From assembly GCA_028275885.1 (NCBI GenBank), contig JAPWTW010000001.1, positions 53,745-85,744 on the forward strand: DNA of 32,000 nt, given 5' to 3'. Below are positions 24,810 through 32,000 of the stretch, in pieces. The notes below the pieces were generated by a model, which saw only the letters and a program-made list of their open reading frames with translations, was not told the origin of the DNA and searched no databases. Made by a program: the position numbers and the translations under genes. The DNA comes from Candidatus Nanopusillus sp. (GTDB taxonomy: Archaea; Nanobdellota; Nanobdellia; Nanobdellales; Nanobdellaceae). Within the stretch, counting starts at the first letter, position 1; each line of letters begins with the position of its first letter.

Positions 24810-26037
24810 AATCTTCAGGATAAATTATAACTTTTTTACCATTTTCAAATAAATCATATATATATTTTTCATTCTCTTCAATAAAATCTTTATCGATAGT
24901 TGATAATAAATTATATACTTTATTAAAGTATTGATCATAATCCATATTTAATATTTTTATTAAATATGGGTCTGTTTCTATTCTCTTTAATATATTTTCC
25001 TTTCTAAGATTATAATTAAATTTATATATATTTGATCTTGCCTTTCTATATTTATCATCTATGTTTTTTAAATTATCTAAAAATTCATTAATTGCATTAT
25101 CTAATATTTTTTCTTTATCAATTTGGAATCCTGGTATTATTAATGAATATATAATTTCATCATCATAGAAATTTGATAAAGAAAGTGAGGGAGAATATCC
25201 TATGCCATATTTATTTCTAAATATTTCAAATATTTTTGAAGATGCTCCTAAATTATAAAATTCTGTTAATGCATCAATTAATATTATATTTTTAATATCA
25301 CTATTTAAATTGATACTATAATATATTTGCTGTATATTTTTCATTTTTTTTATTATATCTTTTCCTTCTCCCTTACTTGGATTTTTTAATTTTATATCAT
25401 TTCCTTCTAATCTAGAAAAATACTTCTTGACGATTTCAATATCTCTACCATTTATATTTCCTTCTAAAAATATTGAAATATTTTTGGGAGAATAATATTT
25501 ATATTTAAATTCTTCTAATGTATCTTTTGTTATATTATTAATTGTTTCAATATAACCTCCTATAGGATCTCCATAATCAGAATCTCCATAAACAGATTTT
25601 GATATATTATCGTTCAAACTTACTATTGGATCATCCTCTCTCATCATTATTTCTGTTTTTACAACATTCTTTTCATTTTCAAATTCATTATTATCATATT
25701 CATCATTTTCAAACATCCAATAAAATAAATCTACAATATTTTCAAATCCTTCTTTCATTACTGCAGCAAAATATAAAGTATAATTATAATAAGTCATTGC
25801 ATTATGAATTGATCCACTTTCTTCAAATAATAAATGTATTTGATTTTTATTATATTTTTTATTAGACTGAAACATCATATGTTCCAATAAATGAGAAATT
25901 CCCCTAAATTCTTTATCCTCAAATATTGATCCAATATTTACTAATATTCCTATTGCAATATTCTCATTTCTAAATGGTATTTTATATAATTTTATTCCAT
26001 TATCCAATATTTCATAATCTATCATTTGATATAACAT
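24790..26037 (-). CDS. M16-family (pitrilysin/insulinase-like) zinc peptidase
   Basis: Inverted zinc motif GISHLLEHMMF (HxxEH) with downstream ESGSIHNAMTYYNYTLY. The start is moved to an internal ATG (26037 or 26025) because the track start at 26094 would overlap the divergent aIF5A start. Confidence 0.75.
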   Translation of the reverse strand: MLYQMIDYEILDNGIKLYKIPFRNENIAIGILVNIGSIFEDKEFRGISHLLEHMMFQSNKKYNKNQIHLLFEESGSIHNAMTYYNYTLYFAAVMKEGFENIVDLFYWMFENDEYDNNEFENEKNVVKTEIMMREDDPIVSLNDNISKSVYGDSDYGDPIGGYIETINNITKDTLEEFKYKYYSPKNISIFLEGNINGRDIEIVKKYFSRLEGNDIKLKNPSKGEGKDIIKKMKNIQQIYYSINLNSDIKNIILIDALTEFYNLGASSKIFEIFRNKYGIGYSPSLSLSNFYDDEIIYSLIIPGFQIDKEKILDNAINEFLDNLKNIDDKYRKARSNIYKFNYNLRKENILKRIETDPYLIKILNMDYDQYFNKVYNLLSTIDKDFIEENEKYIYDLFENGKKVIIYPEDYDKRNN

Positions 26038-26079
26038 ATATAGTAATATATATAAGTAATTCAAATTAATAATAATTTT

Positions 26080-26481
26080 ATGCCAGAGATACAAGTTAGG
26101 AAGGTTATTGATTTAAAGAAAGGATCATATATATGGTATAATAATGAAGTATGGGAAGTATTAGAAATTGAAACTGTAAAGACAGGAAAGCATGGTTCTG
26201 CAAAGGCTAAAATTTTAATTAAGTCTGTAGTATCTGGAAGGACTACTGAGTTAGTAAAACCAACGCAGGATCTGATAGAAGTTCCAGTTATAAATAAAAT
26301 AAAGGGACAAGTTATTGCAAAAATATCAGATGATAAATATACAGTAATGGATTTAGATACATATGAAACATTTGATGCAAGAGTATTGGATGAGAATTTA
26401 AAAGGTAAAATACAAGAAGGTCAAAAAGTATTGGTTTGGGATGTTGGAGAAAAAATAATTGTACAGGCATTTAGGGAATAA
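26080..26481 (+). CDS. eif5a: Translation initiation factor 5A
   Basis: Hypusine loop VKTGKHGSAKAKI, an SH3-like N-domain and an OB C-domain. 133 aa. Confidence 0.92.
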   Translation: MPEIQVRKVIDLKKGSYIWYNNEVWEVLEIETVKTGKHGSAKAKILIKSVVSGRTTELVKPTQDLIEVPVINKIKGQVIAKISDDKYTVMDLDTYETFDARVLDENLKGKIQEGQKVLVWDVGEKIIVQAFRE

Positions 26482-26864
26482 TGTCTTTATCCGATATCAT
26501 AGATAAACTATATAAAATAAAAGAGAAAAGTATAGAAAAGCTTTTTGATGATAAAAGTAAAAAATTAAAATTATCAGAATTTATTGAAGAAATTACTCCA
26601 GAGAGTTGGAGGAAATATATAAAAAACTTTTTGGAGTATTCATTTCCAAAGACAAAGGAAAATCTTTATAGATTATATTTAGTAAATACAGGGACTTTTT
26701 TATTTCTATTAGGATTATATGAATTAATAAACCATAATAATTATACGAGAGATTATTTATTATATAATAGTTTAGGATATTCTTATTCAATGATTGTTCC
26801 TACACTTTATTATAAGCTAGATAAATTTAGAGAAATAATTAAGAAAATTTTTCCATATATTTAA
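26481..26864 (+). CDS. Hypothetical 127-aa protein with one central hydrophobic segment
   Basis: Its ATG shares one base with the aIF5A TAA (TAATG). LYLVNTGTFLFLLGLYELI is a probable TM helix. I recognise no motif. Confidence 0.45.
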   Translation: MSLSDIIDKLYKIKEKSIEKLFDDKSKKLKLSEFIEEITPESWRKYIKNFLEYSFPKTKENLYRLYLVNTGTFLFLLGLYELINHNNYTRDYLLYNSLGYSYSMIVPTLYYKLDKFREIIKKIFPYI

Positions 26865-27741
26865 TTTTTTTACTAATCATATCTGCTAATCTTATTGGTT
26901 CTGGATATTTTCCATTTATCCAATATTTTTCAGATAATTCTTTTGTTTTTTCTAAAGATATTAAATTTCCTGGTGAAGCATATATTGTTTCTTCAAATTT
27001 TTCTATTTTATATCCCCTTACTTCATTATTTATTATAATCTTGTTATCAACAACATTTCCAGATAGTAATTTTTTTGTTATTCCAATAGTTGGTATATTT
27101 AATTTTACCCCAACATATGATGCTAAACCTAATTTAAATGGATGAGAGATTCCATGTCCATTTACAAATAATATATCTATTTTTTCTTTTATTTTGTTAA
27201 ATGTTTTTATAATTGGTTCTCCTTCTCTAAAAGCTAAAAATGATGGTATATATGGAAATTCAATTTTTTCTTTGAATATGTATTTATTTACTAATTCTAA
27301 ATTTTTGTCTAATATTACATATACTATATAACCTATGTCATCTTTATAGCTTAGATCAACTCCTCCAATTAAATTTATATCATTTATATTATCTTCTAAA
27401 ATAATTTTGTTAGCTAATTCTTTCTGAATTTTTCTATATTTTTTTAATATTTTTTCTTTTACATTAAAATTATTAAATAAATATTTTTCTAAATTTACTA
27501 TTTTATTATTTACAATTTCTATCCCTTCTCTTTTTAATAATCCTTCTTGTATTTTATCATTTATAATTCCATCAGAATTTACAACTCTCCACCATGGTCC
27601 ATTTATTTTTTTATAATAGTTTATAATAAACTTTATTGAATATCTATCTCCCAAGCATTCTGATAATATTTTAAATGTCGTTACTTTACCATATGGAATA
27701 CTATTAATTAATTTACTTAATTCTTCTATAATTTCATGCAT
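26839..27741 (-). CDS. nfi: Fusion protein: alkyltransferase-like (ATL) DNA-lesion-binding domain + endonuclease V
   Basis: N-terminal IPYGKVTTFKILSECLG..GPWWRVVNSDGII is the MGMT C-domain with Trp in place of the PCHR Cys. The C-terminal part has GGVDLSY, FPYIPSFLAFRE, VNGHGISHPFKLGLASYVG, PTIGITKK and YPEPIRLAD (EndoV). Confidence 0.8.
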   Translation of the reverse strand: MHEIIEELSKLINSIPYGKVTTFKILSECLGDRYSIKFIINYYKKINGPWWRVVNSDGIINDKIQEGLLKREGIEIVNNKIVNLEKYLFNNFNVKEKILKKYRKIQKELANKIILEDNINDINLIGGVDLSYKDDIGYIVYVILDKNLELVNKYIFKEKIEFPYIPSFLAFREGEPIIKTFNKIKEKIDILFVNGHGISHPFKLGLASYVGVKLNIPTIGITKKLLSGNVVDNKIIINNEVRGYKIEKFEETIYASPGNLISLEKTKELSEKYWINGKYPEPIRLADMISKKIKYMEKFS

Positions 27742-27781
27742 AATATATAATTTAAAAAACTATTTATAACAAATATACAAG

Positions 27782-28039
27782 ATGGAGGATTGGATAAAAG
27801 AAAGTTTGTTAGGATTAATATTGTTGGTAATAGGTGGATTCTTAATATATCATTGGCTAGGAGAAACTATATTAGTGATAAAAGGATTAATAGGATTGAT
27901 AATATTAATATTGGGTGTATTAATATTATGGATTGGATATGAGGATATAAAATTAAATAAAGAATTAAAGGAGGTACAAAAAGAATTTAGTAAGGAAAAT
28001 AAGCAAGAGCAAAAACAAGATAATCAAAACAAACAATGA
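27782..28039 (+). CDS. Hypothetical 85-aa two-TM protein with a charged Q/K/E-rich tail
   Basis: Two hydrophobic helices followed by KELKEVQKEFSKENKQEQKQDNQNKQ. ATGA overlap with downstream rpl15e. Confidence 0.4.
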   Translation: MEDWIKESLLGLILLVIGGFLIYHWLGETILVIKGLIGLIILILGVLILWIGYEDIKLNKELKEVQKEFSKENKQEQKQDNQNKQ

Positions 28040-28557
28040 AATCTGCATATAATTATATTTTTGAAACATGGAAAAAGAGATTTAAAGATGAAAATTTAAA
28101 GAAATTAGTTAAGGAAAGATTAATTAAATGGAGAAGGGAACCTGAGATTATTAGAATAGAAAGACCAACAAGATTGGATAGAGCTAGAAAGTTAGGATGG
28201 AAACCAATAAATGGAATTATACTTGTTAGGGTAAGAGTAAAGAAAGGATGGAGAAAAAGGAAAGATATGCCAAGGCATGTTAAAACAAAAAGTTATTATT
28301 ACTATAGGTCATTAAATATCAGTTTGAGAGCGATTGCAGAACAAAGAGTACAAAGAAAATATCCTAATTTAGAAGTAATAAATTCATATTATGTTGGGGA
28401 AGATGGTAAATACAAGTGGTATGAAGTTATATTGGCAGATCCAAATAATCCAAATGTATATAGTAGAGAAGAATATTCTTGGTTGTTAAATAGTAAGAAT
28501 AGGAAGAGAGCTTTAAGAGGTTTGACTCCTGGATTTAAATCTTCTAAGCAGGTATAA
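28036..28557 (+). CDS. rpl15e: 50S ribosomal protein eL15
   Basis: SAYNYIFETWKK, RIERPTRLDRARKLGWKP.NGIILVRVRVKKG, YPNLEVINSYYVGEDGKYKWYEVILADPN. Confidence 0.9.
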   Translation: MKSAYNYIFETWKKRFKDENLKKLVKERLIKWRREPEIIRIERPTRLDRARKLGWKPINGIILVRVRVKKGWRKRKDMPRHVKTKSYYYYRSLNISLRAIAEQRVQRKYPNLEVINSYYVGEDGKYKWYEVILADPNNPNVYSREEYSWLLNSKNRKRALRGLTPGFKSSKQV

Positions 28558-28596
28558 CACAGTTATATTTATAAGAGTTAAAGGTATATTTTTTAA

Positions 28597-29286
28597 ATGC
28601 TGAAAATAGAGGGATTAAATGTATATTCTGATAATAAAAAAATATTAGAAAACGTAAATTTAGAATTTGAATATGGGAAATTATATTTAGTATTTGGTCC
28701 AAATGGTTCTGGAAAAACAACATTTGCAAAAGCGATATTAAACGATGAAAGTTTAAAAAAAGATGGAAAAATAATTTTAGATAATATAGATATAACAAAT
28801 GAAAAAACTGAAAACATATCAAAATACATATTTTATTCTTTTCAAGATTCTGTTGAAATAGAAAATATTAGAACAAGAACTTTATTAATGTATATTTTGG
28901 ATAATTTTGATGAAAAAAAGATATTAAATTTGGGAAAAGATTTAGGATTACCAGAAGATTTTCTAGATAGAGGGGTTAATTATAATTTATCTGGAGGAGA
29001 AAAAAAGAGATTTTCATTATTATTATCAATATTATTGAATAGAAAGATTATTATATTTGATGAAATAGATTCTGGAGTAGATATTGAATTTCTAAATAAA
29101 TTAAAATATTATTTAGATAAATTTAAAAAGGAAAATAAAATAGTAATATTAATTTCTCACAATTTAAAATTTGCTAAAGAATTGGATGTTGATAAAGTAA
29201 TAATATTAATTGATGGAAAAGTAAAATATATTGGGGATAAGAGTATATTGGATAAGATTGAAAAAAATGGATTCAACATTTTTTAA
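28597..29286 (+). CDS. sufC: Fe-S cluster assembly ATPase SufC
   Basis: Walker A GPNGSGKTT, signature-region NYNLSGGEKKRFSLLL, Walker B IIIFDEIDSGVDI and H-loop ISHN. It lacks a transmembrane partner and is followed by a SufB/D-like ORF. Confidence 0.85.
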   Translation: MLKIEGLNVYSDNKKILENVNLEFEYGKLYLVFGPNGSGKTTFAKAILNDESLKKDGKIILDNIDITNEKTENISKYIFYSFQDSVEIENIRTRTLLMYILDNFDEKKILNLGKDLGLPEDFLDRGVNYNLSGGEKKRFSLLLSILLNRKIIIFDEIDSGVDIEFLNKLKYYLDKFKKENKIVILISHNLKFAKELDVDKVIILIDGKVKYIGDKSILDKIEKNGFNIF

Positions 29287-29866
29287 AAATATATTTAAAA
29301 AATACTACGATAAAGTTTTTGACAATTATAAAATAATTGAAAAAGAATTTGATATAAATAAAGACCAACATATTGAAATTGATTTGGACAATAATATTTA
29401 TTATAACGTTTTTAATATAAATAATTCTGAAATAAAAATAAAAATTAATAATAACGACATTTCAATGATGTATAATGAATTTAATATAATTGGAAAAGTA
29501 AAGATAAATATTTTAATCAATAATTTTGGAAATTTAAGAGTATATAATTTATATAAAATAAATAGTAATTCTTCTTCAGATTCAATAGAGAAGATATATA
29601 ATAAAAATAATATTGTTTTAATATCTAAAATATTTATTGATAAAAATTCTAAAAATTCTGAGGGAAAATTGTCCCAATATTTATTGGAAGAAAATGGTAT
29701 ATCAATTCTATTACCAATATTAGATATAGAAAATAATAAATCAAAAGGATTTCATGGATCTAAAATATTTAAATTAACTGAAAAAGAAGAAAATTATCTA
29801 AAATATTTATCACTAAATAAAGAAGAAATAAAAAATATTTTAATAAGAGAATTTAATTCTATATAA
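29267..29866 (+). CDS. Miniature SufB/SufD-like protein (199 aa)
   Basis: The C-terminal LLPILDIENNKSKGFHGSKIFKLTEKEENYLKYLSLNKEEIKNILIREF parallels the SufB/D pattern P.LeI..ddVkc.HGa..G.ld.eqlfYL.sRGl.eeeA..ll..gF. The preceding repetitive strand-like segments fit a short beta-helix. The start is set at ATG 29267 (the track start is TTG), overlapping sufC by 20 nt. Confidence 0.55.
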   Translation: MDSTFFKNIFKKYYDKVFDNYKIIEKEFDINKDQHIEIDLDNNIYYNVFNINNSEIKIKINNNDISMMYNEFNIIGKVKINILINNFGNLRVYNLYKINSNSSSDSIEKIYNKNNIVLISKIFIDKNSKNSEGKLSQYLLEENGISILLPILDIENNKSKGFHGSKIFKLTEKEENYLKYLSLNKEEIKNILIREFNSI

Positions 29867-29896
29867 AATTATAAACTTTAATTATATATTCTTTTA

Positions 29897-30874
29897 ATGG
29901 AAGAGGAAGAAAAAAGACAAATTAAAGATTTGGAAGATTTACCTGGTGTAGGTCCAAAAACTGCACAGAAGTTAAGAGAAGCTGGAATATTTTCAATAGA
30001 AGATTTAGCTGTATCTTCTGTTCATGAATTAGTAGAAAAAGTTGGACTTGGAGAAGAAACTGCTAAAAGATTATTAGAAATGGCTCAAAATATTGTTGGA
30101 CAAGGATTTATATCTGCATATGATTTTTATAATTCAAGAAAAACTGTAGAAAGAATAACTACAGGTTCAAAAGCTTTGGATGATTTACTTGGTGGAGGCG
30201 TTGAAACACAGGCATTAATAGAAGCTTTTGGTGAATTTGGTTCTGGAAAAACACAATTAGGTCATCAATTATCAGTTAATGTTCAATTGCCAAAGGAAAA
30301 AGGTGGGTTAAGTGAACCTGATAAACCTGCCCAAGCAGTTTATATTGATACTGAAGGAACATTTAGACCAGAGAGAATTGTACAAATGGCAAAAGGTGTA
30401 GAATTAGATCCTGATAGTGTATTAAAGAATATAATATTTATAAGGGCATATAATTCAGATCATCAAATAAATATTGTAAAGAAAATACCAAGTTTAATTC
30501 ATGAAGGAAGAAATATAAGGTTAATAGTTATAGATTCAATTACTGCACACTTCAGGGCAGAATATATTGGAAGAAGTACCTTAGCTGAAAGGCAGCAAAA
30601 ATTAAATCAACATTTAAGAGATTTATTGAAATTAGCTACTGTTTATAATCTATCAGTATATGTAACAAACCAGGTTATGGCAAAACCGGAAGGCTATTTT
30701 GCTTTAGATCAGCAAGCAGTTGGAGGGCATGTTTTGGCTCATGCAATTACATATAGAATATTCTTAAGAAAAGGTAAAGAGAGAACAAGGATTGCTAGGC
30801 TAATTGATGCACCTCATTTACCTGAAAGAGAAGCAATATTTAGAATAAATGAAGAAGGAATTAGGGATGTATAA
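29897..30874 (+). CDS. radA: DNA repair and recombination protein RadA
   Basis: N-terminal Hh[21 protein letters not shown], Walker [11 protein letters not shown], Walker [13 protein letters not shown] and L2 region TNQVMAKP. 325 aa. Confidence 0.95.
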   Translation: MEEEEKRQIKDLEDLPGVGPKTAQKLREAGIFSIEDLAVSSVHELVEKVGLGEETAKRLLEMAQNIVGQGFISAYDFYNSRKTVERITTGSKALDDLLGGGVETQALIEAFGEFGSGKTQLGHQLSVNVQLPKEKGGLSEPDKPAQAVYIDTEGTFRPERIVQMAKGVELDPDSVLKNIIFIRAYNSDHQINIVKKIPSLIHEGRNIRLIVIDSITAHFRAEYIGRSTLAERQQKLNQHLRDLLKLATVYNLSVYVTNQVMAKPEGYFALDQQAVGGHVLAHAITYRIFLRKGKERTRIARLIDAPHLPEREAIFRINEEGIRDV

Positions 30875-30906
30875 ACTTATATTTTGATATTTTCTATTCT
30901 ATATAT

Positions 30907-31158
30907 ATGGAAAGATATGAAGCATCATCCTTATTAAACAAACCAGTTGTTACAGATAAGGGTAGAAAGTTGGGGGAAGTTGCAGATCTACAATTTGAAG
31001 AGAAAACAGGCGAGGTATTAAATATTATATTAAAGAATCCTACTGAAAATGCTCAACGATTAGGATTAGAAAAGGTAAAAGATGGATTTTTAGTACCATT
31101 TATGGCGGTAAAGGCAATTGGAGATTTTGTTGTGATTTCTGAAGACGATTTGGTATAA
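30907..31158 (+). CDS. PRC-barrel domain protein
   Basis: 83 aa. LLNKPVVTDKGRKLGEVADLQFEEKTGEVLNIIL..VPFMAVKAIGDFVVI is the usual archaeal stand-alone PRC-barrel pattern. Confidence 0.7.
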   Translation: MERYEASSLLNKPVVTDKGRKLGEVADLQFEEKTGEVLNIILKNPTENAQRLGLEKVKDGFLVPFMAVKAIGDFVVISEDDLV

Positions 31159-31275
31159 TTTTTATTTTTAATTTATTAAATTTACAAATAGAAATTAAAA
31201 ATTGTGGTATTATGATCAAATTTCTATATACATTTTTATAACTCAATAAAAAATTCAAATGATTTAATTTATTGA

Positions 31276-31494
31276 TTAATCAACTGGTTTTATGACAGAT
31301 ATATTGTCACCCCTTAAGAATATCCAAGGTAATTTTTTATTAGTATCTAATTCTGTTACATCTTCCAATACCATGTTTGGGTGAACATCAGAAGCTACTA
31401 ATTTACCTCTGTATTGTTTACCATTTTTCATTTCTACTATTATTTCCTTTCCTTTTGATTGTGTTATTACATCTAAAGGTCTTACTATGTCCAT
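31276..31494 (-). CDS. Sm-like (LSm/SmAP) RNA-binding protein
   Basis: Sm1 RPLDVITQSKGKEIIVEMKNGKQYRGKLVASDVHPNMVLEDV and Sm2 IFLRGDNISVI. The track start at 31509 is TTG, so I use ATG at 31494 (MDIVRPL). Confidence 0.85.
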   Translation of the reverse strand: MDIVRPLDVITQSKGKEIIVEMKNGKQYRGKLVASDVHPNMVLEDVTELDTNKKLPWIFLRGDNISVIKPVD

Positions 31495-31548
31495 AAACAA
31501 AATATACAAGAAGATTTTATAAATTTATTTTATAAATTGATTTAAAAA

Positions 31549-31968
31549 TTATTCTTTTATTAATATTCCATTTACAACTCCATCTTGACCTGGTCTTGAT
31601 GTTACTAAAACTTTTCCTATTTCAGTATTTAATATAGCATTTTTGGTTATTATTTTCTCTCTATCTAAGTTTTTATCATTTGGATTTTTAATAACACCCA
31701 ATATTTTTACTCTTTTAATTTCTTTTGTTTCTGGAATAAGGACATTTACATATAAGGCACTTTTTAATTTTACTTTATAATTTCCACCTTTTGTTCTAAA
31801 TATATATCTTACTTCTTCATTACCTTTTGATATTTTTGTTAGAATTGGATATCTTCCATAGTTTGCTTTTCTTTTTTTACTATTAGGAGATTTTATTTTA
31901 CCATTTTCTTTTCTTAAATCTCTGCCTTGATAAACAGATAATCCTCCTTTTTTGTATATATTTACCAT
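31549..31968 (-). CDS. rps8e: 30S ribosomal protein eS8
   Basis: YQGRDLRKENGK..KKRKANYGR..IFRTKGGNYKVKL..GQDGVVNGILI matches the archaeal S8e layout. 139 aa. Confidence 0.85.
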   Translation of the reverse strand: MVNIYKKGGLSVYQGRDLRKENGKIKSPNSKKRKANYGRYPILTKISKGNEEVRYIFRTKGGNYKVKLKSALYVNVLIPETKEIKRVKILGVIKNPNDKNLDREKIITKNAILNTEIGKVLVTSRPGQDGVVNGILIKE

Positions 31969-32000
31969 TTTATTTTTATGATAAAAAAGATTTAAAAAAT

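Noticed and set aside
24628-24852. Plus-strand 74-aa ORF
   Set aside because: It is antisense across the nth/M16 peptidase junction.
25599-25865. Plus-strand 88-aa ORF
   Set aside because: It is antisense within the M16 peptidase.
26593-26790. Minus-strand 65-aa ORF
   Set aside because: It is antisense within the 127-aa ORF that is start/stop-coupled to aIF5A, and it is N/I/Y-rich junk.
28544-28829. Minus-strand ORFs 28544..28822 and 28593..28829
   Set aside because: They are antisense to the Walker A region of sufC.
29897-31158. Locally higher G+C in radA and the PRC-barrel gene (and in the histone at 23262..23504) as a sign of horizontal transfer
   Set aside because: These are highly conserved, probably highly expressed core genes. 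Their amino-acid composition (G/A/V/R-rich) explains the shift, and no flanking repeats, integrase or tRNA-adjacent junctions are present.
1-32000. CRISPR arrays, insertion sequences, integrases, toxin-antitoxin pairs or defence islands
   Set aside because: I saw no regularly spaced direct repeats, no transposase- or integrase-like ORFs and no terminal inverted repeats. Every sizeable ORF is accounted for by housekeeping functions or small orphans.

Overview
This window is a very A+T-rich, tightly packed archaeal chromosome segment. I support about 41 protein genes, 2 tRNAs and 2 decayed genes; many neighbours overlap by 1-27 nt. The content is almost entirely housekeeping. Translation: uS4, uS13, eL15, eS8, aIF5A, class II LysRS, Cbf5, TrmI, LSm. 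Replication and repair: Rad50 C-terminus, HerA, RNase HII, ATP-dependent DNA ligase, DExH/DUF1998 helicase, PCNA, histone, EndoIII, EndoIV-like, an ATL-EndoV fusion, RadA. Membrane and cofactor functions: P-type ATPase, SecD, MarC, SufC plus a miniature SufB/D-like protein. The two tRNAs are roughly 70% G+C in a genome that is about three quarters A+T. Together with scrambled ribosomal-protein gene order and apparently leaderless divergent promoters, this suggests a reduced-genome thermophile of the Nanoarchaeota/DPANN type; that placement is inference. I found no CRISPR array, mobile element, rRNA or obvious defence island, and no convincing novel multi-gene system. The leads worth checking are listed here. 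(1) An alkyltransferase-like (Cys->Trp) domain fused to an endonuclease V that carries Asp->Asn at a predicted metal ligand. (2) HerA followed by an overlapping 102-aa orphan instead of NurA. (3) A divergent ligase/helicase pair sharing a 38-bp spacer. (4) A 199-aa SufB/D-like protein. (5) Two untracked pseudogenes, one MazG-like and one DsrE-like. (6) A histone with a 4-residue loop-L1 insertion. (7) A 203-aa orphan between the histone and Nth with a faint degenerate DHH-like pattern. All homology calls come from motif recognition by eye, not from searches.
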